Source of the DNA: Octopus vulgaris
Taxonomy: Eukaryota
Length of the DNA stretch: 64,000 bases
Reading direction: 5' to 3'
NCBI GenBank assembly: GCA_951406725.2
Contig: OX597838.1
Location: forward strand, 29,512,001-29,576,000
Below the pieces are notes generated by a model. The model had not been told where the DNA came from, searched no databases, and saw only the letters and a program-made list of their open reading frames with translations. Positions 55,146 to 64,000 of the stretch are shown piece by piece. The first letter of the stretch is position 1, and every line of letters starts with the position of its first letter. A program made the translations under genes and the position numbers.

Positions 55146-55526
55146 TAATGTTTATTTTTCATATGTGTTGATCTAGCTAATAACCCTTTTTACTATAGGC
55201 ACAGGGCCTAAAATTTTAGTGGTGTGGAAGGGTCTAGTTGATTACCTCTATCCCAGTGCTTGACTGTTACTCATTTTATCAATTCCAAGGGGAAAAAAAT
55301 GAAAGACAAAGTCAATCTTCGGCAAAATTTGAACTCGGAATGTCAGACTGGAAATTCTGGTAAGCATCATGTCCATTATGGAGACCATTCTGACAGCTCA
55401 TGGCTAATACTGTGTACTGACTTAGCTAATAACATTTGTCTTTTATTTGTGTCTCCAATATTTTGGCTAATCCCAAGTCTTGTCCATGAAAGCTTAAAAT
55501 CCTTGGTTTATGAGTCAACAATATCG

Positions 55527-55690
55527 ACGCAGGAGCGGCTGTGTGGTAAGAAGCTTGTTTACCAACCACATGGTTCCGGGTTCAGTCCCACTGCGTGGCA
55601 TCTTGGGCAAGTGTTTCTTCTGCCATAGCCTTAGGTCGACCAAAGCCTTGTGAGTGGATTTGGTAGACGGAAACTGAAAGAAGCCCGTCG

Positions 55691-55722
<32 letters not shown>

Positions 55723-55935
55723 CGTGTGCGTGTATGTTTGTGTGTCTGTGTTTGTCCCCCTAGCATTGCTTGACAACCGATGCTGGTGTGTTTATGTCCC
55801 CGTCACTTAGAGGTTCGGCAAAAGAGACCGATAGAATAAGTACTGGGCTTACAAAGAATAAGTCCCGGGATCGAGTTGTTCGATTAAAGGCGGTGCTCCA
55901 GCATGGCCATAGTCAAATGACTACAACAAGTAAAA
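55527..55935 (+). mobile_element. SINE family A, full length
   Basis: Matches the family A consensus. Confidence 0.85.
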
Positions 55936-56403
55936 AAAAGAAAAAAAGAAAAAAAGAAAGAGAAATAAATAAAATCATGAAGTTCCAAAGACGGGAAACC
56001 TTTAAGGAGACAAGAATCTGAAAAGGTAGAAGAAAAACTTGAAGGAATTTAAAATAACTCAAAAGATTTTATCGTTTTTTTGGAGCATTTTTCCAACAAG
56101 GTGGTGGTGGTGGTAGAGGCAGCGTCGGCAGTGGCGGTGGGACGGCAGTGGCGGTGGTGGTGGCAGGGGTGGTTGTGGTGGGGAGACTGTGGAAGTGGCA
56201 GCGGCGGCGGTGGTGGTATGGGTGGTATGGGTGGTAGTGGTGGTAGTGGTGGTAAGGTACAGTAGGGGGCGATAGGGGTAGCGGTGGTGGTGGTGGTGGT
56301 GCGGGGTGGAGGGGGTGTTGGGGGTTTTGTATGCTCTTCCGTTGGCCCATAGGAAGATCTTTGAAGAACACTCCCAAAAGATAAAACATAATGATAATAT
56401 GAC

Positions 56404-56434
<31 letters not shown>

Positions 56435-56537
56435 GCAGCAGCAGCAACGAAAAGAAGAAGAACAACAACAACAACGACAACAAAAGGAATAGCAACAAGT
56501 GAATGAGGCCATCATAGACTCACGGGAAACAGATGCA

Positions 56538-56855
56538 AGCATCAACATTATCATCAGCAGCATCATCACCATCATTGTCGTCATCGTCGTCGTTATCATC
56601 AACATCATCATCATCATCTTCATCATTATCATCATCGTCATCATCGTCATCATCATCATCACCATCATCATCTTCATCATTATCATCATTGTCATCATCA
56701 ACATCATCATCTTCATCATTATCATCGTCATCATCGTCATCATCATCATCACCATCATCATCTTCATCATTATCATCAACATCATCATTATCATCATCAT
56801 CAACGTTATCGGCATCATCATCATCACCATCATCATCTTCATCATTATCATCTTC
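56538..56855. repeat. Imperfect (CAT)n tract with repeated variant blocks
   Basis: catcatcatcttcatcattatcatc block recurs several times. Confidence 0.9.
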
Positions 56856-56994
56856 AAGATCAGTTGGTTACATCAACCGATCTAAGAAACATTGTCATTA
56901 GTCAGAAAATAGTAAAATAAAAATGGTACCACCTTAAAACAACTCATAAGGGAACACCTAAACCCAAACAAGCTACAATGTTATGATGATGATG

Positions 56995-57029
<35 letters not shown>

Positions 57030-57049
57030 CATCTCATCATCATCATCAT

Positions 57050-57680
57050 CATCGTTTAACGTCGGCTTTCCATGTTGGCATGGGTTGGACGGTTTTGACT
57101 GAGGGATGGTGAGCCAGATGGCTGCACCAGGCTCCAATCTTGGCAGAGTTTCTACAGCCGGATGCCCTTCCTATCGCCAACCACTCCGAGAGTGTAGTGG
57201 GTGCTTTTTACGTGCCACCTGCACGGGGGCCAGTCAAGCGGCACTGGCAACGATTTCGTTTGAATCTTTTTACATGTGCCACCGGCACAGGTGCCAGTGA
57301 AGCGACGTTGGTAACGATCATGCTCAAATGGTGCCCTTTTACGTGCCATGAGTACAGAAGCCAGCTGGCTGCTCTGGCAACAATCACGCTCGGATGGTGC
57401 TCTTGGCACCCTACTACCACAGGCATAAGTGCCAGTAAGGCGACGCTGGTAACGATCATACTCGAATAGCCGCTCTGTCAACGATTACACTCGTATGGTG
57501 CTCTTTGCACCCCGCTAGCATGAATTCCAGTCATCGAATTGATTTTGATTTCACTTGCCTCAACAGGTCTTCGCAAGCAGAGTTTAGTGACCAAAGAAGG
57601 AAAAGTAGGCATAAGCAGGCTGGTTACGCTCCTGGCATAGGCCAATGGTTACGGTCTTATTTGGCTTGCCGGGTCTTAAC
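57050..57680 (-). mobile_element. Retroposon (family E) with (GAT)n tail and internal tandem repeats
   Basis: Tail ggaagggcatcc..aacccatgcca.catggaaag..gacgttaaacgatgatgat is shared with 20720-20915, 41760-41980 and 63470-63640. Confidence 0.7.
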
Positions 57681-57831
57681 AATAATAATAATAATAATAT
57701 ATCTTTACTGCCCACAAGGGGCTAAACATAGAGGGGACAAACAAGGACAGACAAAGGGATTAAGTCAATTACATCGACCCCAGTGCGAAACTGGTACTTT
57801 ATTTATCGACCGCGGAAGGATGAAAGGCAAA

Positions 57832-57869
<38 letters not shown>

Positions 57870-57871
<2 letters not shown>

Positions 57872-58085
57872 TGGGGGCTGAATGCTACCTAGTTCAGATA
57901 CCAGGAAACCCCAAAATGGCAGAAATTCAAAAGGTAATGCTCATGGGAATTGCCCATATCCTACGTAAAATGTTGTCTATGTAATCCCAAATTTTAAGAC
58001 AAACTTATAAATTTCCTTACGTCTTCTTAGACATTCTCTAGAACAATACTTTGTGCAAAACCAAATATATGGCACCCAAGTCCTA
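57870..58085 (+). mobile_element. 3' end of a restriction-like-endonuclease LINE (R4/Dong-like)
   Basis: EIQKVMLMGIAHILRKML* resembles the xQKxxLLGTARILRKVL C-terminus of RLE elements; it adjoins (AAT)n. Confidence 0.6.
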
Positions 58086-58126
58086 ACACCACCACCACCA
58101 CAACCACCACCACCACAGCCACCACC

Positions 58127-58184
<58 letters not shown>

Positions 58185-58210
58185 TAACTACTACTACCAC
58201 TACCACCACC

Positions 58211-58263
<53 letters not shown>

Positions 58264-58275
58264 AACTACTACAAC

Positions 58276-58311
<36 letters not shown>

Positions 58312-58342
58312 CACTACTACTACTACTACCACCACCACCACC

Positions 58343-58373
<31 letters not shown>

Positions 58374-58565
58374 GTCTCTTGAGGTCTCTGGGTGAGAATG
58401 TCACTAATGTATTACTGGGTATAATTTTAATACCTGGGAGCACAAAAACGGGTGGAGATCTTCCAGTGGCCGTCACAGCCACCCAAACTATAACCGACAG
58501 TGGATTTTGACATTGATTTACAAGTCTACCCTCAACGGAACCAGACACGCTCCAAAGTTGGTCAT

Positions 58566-59325
58566 TCTCTTTTACTCTTTCGCTCTTTTACTTGTTTCAG
58601 TCATTTGACTGCAACCATGCTGGAGCACCGCTTTTAGTTGAGCAAATCAACCCCGGGACTTATTCTTTGTAAGCCTAGTACTTATTCTATCGGCCTCTTT
58701 TGTCAAACCGCTAAGTTACGGGGACATAAACACACCAGCATCGGTTGTCAAGCGATGTTGGGGCGGGACAGACAGACACACAAACATATACACACACGTA
58801 CATACATATAAATATATACATATATACAACAGGCTTCTTTCAGTTTCCATCTACCAAATCCACTCACAAGGCTTTGGTCGGCCTGAGGCTATAGTAGAAG
58901 ACACTTGCCCAAGGTGCCACGCAGTGGGACTGAACCCGAAACCATGTGGTTGGTAAGCAAGCTACTTACCACACAGCCACTCCTATACATATATAAAACG
59001 GGCTTCTTTCAGTTTCTGTCTACCAAATCCACTCACAAGGCTTTGGTCGGCCCAAGGCTATAGAAGAAGACACTTGCCCAAGGTGCCACGCAGTGGGATT
59101 GAACCCGGAACCATTTGGTTGGTAAGCAAGCTACTTACCACACAGCCTCTCCTATACATATATAAAACGGGCTTCTTTCAGTTTCCGTCTACCAAATCCA
59201 CTCACAAGGCTATGGTCAGCCCGAGGCTATAGTAGAAGACACTTGCCCAAGGTGCCACGCAGTGGGACTGAACCCGGAATCATGTGGTTGGTAAGCAAGC
59301 TACTTACCACACAACCACTCCTATA
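58566..59325 (-). mobile_element. SINE family A with triplicated 5' half
   Basis: 169-bp period (ggcttcttt at 58832, 59001, 59170). Confidence 0.88.
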
Positions 59326-59667
59326 CCTATATTCTGTTTTCTTTTTTTTAACTGTCTGTTTGATGTCAAATTTCTTTCCATCAGTGAACACCAGGTTGAG
59401 CAGCATCCCTTCAGCAATCTGATACAGGATAAGATGACTTCTCTCCACTCTTGTGGCCTTATAAACTTGCGTGAGCTCAAGACGGCAAATCATCTTGTAG
59501 AGGTCGGTCCTGAGATTCTCATTCAGCACTCGATACATCCATGTTCCATTTATTTTTGCTGTGGCAGCCAGTCTTCTGATGGAACAACAAGGGCTTCACC
59601 TTTTGATAAGCTGAGAGGTCCACTTCCTTTTTGGTCACATCCAGGTCAATCAGCAGTAGAACCACTC

Positions 59668-60033
59668 TCTTTTATTTCTCTTTTATTTGTTTCAGTCATT
59701 TGACTGCGGCCATGCTGGAGCACCACCTTTAGTCGAGCAAATCGACCCTGGGACTTATTCTTTGTAAGCCCAGTACTTATTCTATCGGTCTCTTTTGCCA
59801 AACCGCTAAGTGACGGGGATGTAAACACACCAGCATCGGTTGTCAAGCAATGCTAGGGGGACAAACACAGACACACAAACATATACACACACATACATAT
59901 ATATACATATATACGACAGGCTTCTTTCAGTTTCCGTCTACCAAATCCACTCTTAAGGCATTGGTCGGCCCGAGGCTATAGCAGAAGACACTTGCCCAAG
60001 GTGTCACGCAGTGGGACTGAACCCGGAACCATG
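59668..60033 (-). mobile_element. SINE family A, 5'-truncated
   Basis: Matches the family A consensus. Confidence 0.85.
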
Positions 60034-60244
60034 AATTTCTTGACAATTTTTCAGACTGTTGTTCGGTTAATTTTAATCTTTTTTTTTTAACTATAGTTGT
60101 TCACCTCCTTTGTGGACAGTCATGATTGTATTTCGGTCTATAGCCATTATCTAATTTATAAATCTGAATTTAATTTGTCTGAAACCAAAAGAAGACACAC
60201 TAAGCTTTTATAATAATGTATAATTTTCATATCTTATCGCATTA

Positions 60245-60639
60245 CTAGCAGTATCGCCCGGCGTTGCTCGGGTTTGTTTCAACCCTTTAGAATTGGAATT
60301 TTTGAAAAGTAAAAATTTTGCCTTATGTAGCTTGTTATTCTCTTTAAGTGAACATTTTTCTGGTTGAAATACACCGAAAAATGGTGACACAGCAGTAAAA
60401 AAATCGTAAAAAATAGGAATTTTCATAGAAAAAAAGCACCTTTTTGATGTAAATAATTTTTGGTGTTAACATGGTCCGATTTGAATTTTTTTCTTCTACA
60501 GAAGGAAGAGCAAGCCTTCATCTATCATACTCTCAATTTTGATCAACTTGCGCCACAGGGTCTCGGAGGAGATAGTGTTAGTTGAAGGCTACCAAACCTA
60601 CCATACACAGAGAACATCAGCTTTATATAGAGAGAGAGA
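60245..60639 (-). mobile_element. Non-autonomous Helitron
   Basis: Minus strand starts TC and ends with hairpin cccgagcaacgccggg followed by CTAG; inserted between A and T with no TSD. Confidence 0.8.
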
Positions 60640-60774
60640 TTAAAGCCTGAAACTTTGCTTTAATTTTGGTATACCCTGTATTATTATAATGTAATTTATC
60701 AAAAATAATTTCCTGATTACTATCTTAAGTGTATGGTAGCCTCTAAACTACTACTACTGCTGCTGCTGCTGCTG

Positions 60775-60826
<52 letters not shown>

Positions 60827-60827
60827 C

Positions 60828-60859
<32 letters not shown>

Positions 60860-60876
60860 ACTAGCACTGCAATGAA

Positions 60877-60966
<90 letters not shown>

Positions 60967-61409
60967 ACTAGCACTGCAATGAATACCACCACTACTACTG
61001 CTGCTGCTGCTAGTACTGCTATTACTACTTATAACATGAATGTACCACAGCCTGGTTCTTGCTTTATTTCGCCTCTTCACTCCTTCAATTGCTGCCGTTG
61101 TGACCTCTCCAGATGGTCACGCTTCTCACATCCGCAATATTCTATACGAAACAGAACACTTCGTATGCATTCCATCATCACTTCCTTTGCGTTACATATA
61201 TGTGCATATACACACACACACACCTACACGTGCACAGCTGCAGATGCTCATGTGGATACACGTACACATATACACACACACACATTCACATTCATGGCAC
61301 ACACACACACACATTCATGGGCGTGTGTATTTGTATTGTTCGTAATGCATTTTAATGTGTGTGAGTATGTGTTCACATACATATATATGCATATGAGTGT
61401 ATGTGTGTA

Positions 61410-61456
<47 letters not shown>

Positions 61457-61480
61457 GTATATGTATATGTATATATACAG

Positions 61481-61511
<31 letters not shown>

Positions 61512-61534
61512 GTGTGTGTATATGTATATATAGA

Positions 61535-61575
<41 letters not shown>

Positions 61576-61576
<1 letters not shown>

Positions 61577-61969
61577 TCTTTTACTCTCTCTTTTACTTGT
61601 TTCAGTCATTTGACTGCGGCCATGCTGGAGCACCGCCTTTAGTCGAGCAAATCGACTCCGGGACTTATTCTTTGTAAGCCCAGTACTTATTCTATCGGTC
61701 TCTTTTGCCAAACCGCTAAGTGACGGGGACATAAACACACCAGCATCGGTTGTCAAGCAATGCTAGGAGGACAAACACAGACACACATACATATATGTAT
61801 ACATATATACGACAGGCTTCTTTCAGTTTCCGTCTACCAAATCCATTCACAAGGCATTGGTCGGCCCGGGGCTATAGCAGAAGACACTTGCCCAAGATGC
61901 CACGCATGGAACTGAACCCGGAACCATGTGGTTGGTAAGCAAGCTACTTACCACACAGCCACTCCTGTG

Positions 61970-61972
<3 letters not shown>
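61576..61972 (-). mobile_element. SINE family A, full length
   Basis: Matches the family A consensus. Confidence 0.88.
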
Positions 61973-62015
<43 letters not shown>

Positions 62016-62329
62016 AAAAAAGCAACAAGAATGGATTAAAATCTCGGTACGATCGTTTCGTACGAGGACATCTTTAATAAGCTACAAAAAATGCAGTGAA
62101 TACAGATGGCTCGTACTCGTCAGCCGAAAAAACATCAGAGAATTCCCAAACATCAAAAGGGGTAGATACAAAAGAGGTTGTAAGATTAGCTGCATTGAAG
62201 AAAGTTCGATTCATGGAGATCCGATGAAAGGTTTTAGACCTATAGAATTTATGCATGTCTACATATAGCTCATATTGAATATTTGATCAAGTTGTATATA
62301 TATATATATACAGTGTATATATATATATA

Positions 62330-63187
62330 TAGGGTACAATGGGTAAATTGTCGCCATTTTATAGTTTTATTTTCATACTTGCACTTTGTTTGTTGATTAC
62401 ACAGTATTGTAGGGTCAGTTGGACACCATCTGTGAGAAAAACAGTACCATGACACAATTCACTCTGCCAGAAATTTGGAACCAACATGCTGCACTGCTTG
62501 GCATTCACATCGGAAGCACCAATATGAACATTTCGGAGTTTTTGGGTGTCAATCTGAGGACATATACCAAGAGTGATAAAAATCAAACATCCAGTCAATA
62601 TCATGGTGTTTGGAGTAACCATTAGTGATGCCAACGTTATGCCTCCATTCATCTCCCCACACAATCTCAGACTCAACACAGATGCCTACATCAAGTGCCG
62701 GAAGAAGGTAGTGTTGCCCTGGATCAAGAAGGTGGCTGTTGGAAAATCCTATGTCAAGCAACTGGACTCTGTACCATGCCACACAAGCAGGAGAACTCAG
62801 TTGTGGCTGTCAGACAATTTCTGTGACTACATCACCCCTATCATATGGCCACCTAACTCCCCAGACTGCAACCCCTTTGATTATTATGTGTGGGGAACAG
62901 TTGGGCAACAGACCAACAAAACTCCTTGTAACACCAAAGATGAACTGAAGGCAAGGATTATGGCAACATTCACCAACTTAAACAAGGAGACCATCCAGAA
63001 AAGTTGTAGGAGATTCCAAAGTCGTCTGGAGGCCATGGTTGAAGCCAGTGGCGATTTTATTGAATGAATTTACTCTTTTTTATTTCAAGATGTTTTTATG
63101 TAATTTTGATAAATATGTCTTAAAATGAGATGTCAGTGTTATTTTTATTTTTGCATACTTTAGATAATATATTCACCTCACCTTCTG
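62330..63187 (+). mobile_element. Internally deleted DD37D (maT-type) transposon
   Basis: ORF 62573-63067: QLDSVPCH..WPPNSPDCNPFDYYVWG with 37 residues between the last two catalytic Asp positions; the N-terminal domain is missing. Confidence 0.88.
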
Positions 63188-63639
63188 TGTGTGTGTATAT
63201 ATATATGTATATATAAACAATTTATAAACAAGGGCAAAGAAAAAATTCTAATGCCAAATATGCCATTAGAATTTTTTCTTTTGCCCTTGTTTATAAATTT
63301 AACCTTTGAAGGTATTTTTTAATATGCTTGCCAGTGATAAAATTTTTTTCAAAAAATTTTATCTTATATTAGATATATATATATATATATATAAAAATAT
63401 ACACACATATATAGATATACATATATATATATATATATATATCTACACACACACACACGTATATGAGTCCACACTGTGAAGTGGTTGGTGTTAAGAATGT
63501 CATCCAGTCATAAAATCCCCACTAAAACAGACACAGTAGCCTTGGGTAGATATTCTACCTGGCCTGGCACCTGTCAACCATCCTACCCATGCATGCATGG
63601 AATATGGACGTTAAACAATGATGATGATGATGATGATGA

Positions 63640-63898
63640 TATCTGTAGCCTCTGTGCAATAACAGATTTCAAGACAAGCTGCCCCTGGGAGCTCCTCTAT
63701 GCTGATAACGTTGCTCATATAGCTGAATCACTACCAGAACTAGAGAAGAAGTTTCAGGTGTGGAAGCAAGGTCTAGAATCAAAGAGTTAACCTGGCAAAA
63801 ACCAAAGTCCTAGTAAGTAGGAAGGTGGACAAATCACATATCCCTTCAGGGAGATGGCCCTGTTTGATCTGTAGAAAAGGCATACGTAGGAACTCCAT
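63640..63898 (+). mobile_element. RTE-like LINE RT fragment
   Basis: CPWELLYADNVA (decayed YADD)..WKQGLESK..VNLAKTKVL..WPCLICRKG. Confidence 0.8.
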
Positions 63899-64000
63899 AA
63901 GGCGGCGAGTTGGCAGAATTGTTAGCACGTCGGGCGAAATGCTTAGCAGTATTTCCCCTGCCATTATGTTCTGAGTTCAAATTCTGCCGAAGTTGACTTT
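63899..64000 (+). mobile_element. SINE family B head (runs off the window)
   Basis: aaggcggcgagttggcagaattgttagcac..gagttcaaattc. Confidence 0.8.

Larger units (their letters stand above)
58395..60680 (-). mobile_element. Fragmented Tc1/mariner-superfamily (DD37D-like) transposon with nested insertions
   Basis: End tacagggtatacc at ~60680. Peptides LVFTDGKKFDI (59340-59540) and QNPLSVIVWVAVTATGRSPPVFVLPGIKI (58400-58550) are collinear but split by SINEs and a Helitron. Confidence 0.72.

Overview
Eukaryotic, AT-rich and extremely repeat-dense DNA. The tRNA-headed SINE families and the (TA)n/(TG)n/(GATA)n/(CAC)n load look like a coleoid cephalopod (octopus) genome; this is inferred from repeat content only. 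Almost every ORF in the six-frame track is microsatellite or SINE noise. The only host coding sequence I can support is the first coding exon of a Rho-family small GTPase (minus strand, 29659-29506, GT donor), with an atypical P-loop (GDSAIGKS, Ser at the G12-equivalent position). I found no later exon in 1-29505, so that stretch is probably one intron longer than 29 kb. The rest consists of at least four SINE-type families (dozens of copies, often tandem, inverted or nested), decayed LINEs (RTE, CR1/L2, L1/Tx1, R4/Dong-like), Tc1, mariner and DD37D transposon relics, hAT-like and GGATC-ended MITEs with visible 8-bp TSDs, a Helitron, two Penelope-like fragments with a hammerhead-ribozyme-like core, a ~2.6-kb 79-bp higher-order minisatellite, and several degenerate tandem arrays and palindromes. 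There is no CRISPR array, rRNA or bona fide tRNA, and I cannot support a new multi-gene system. Repeat boundaries were read by eye and are approximate unless a TSD or TIR is quoted.
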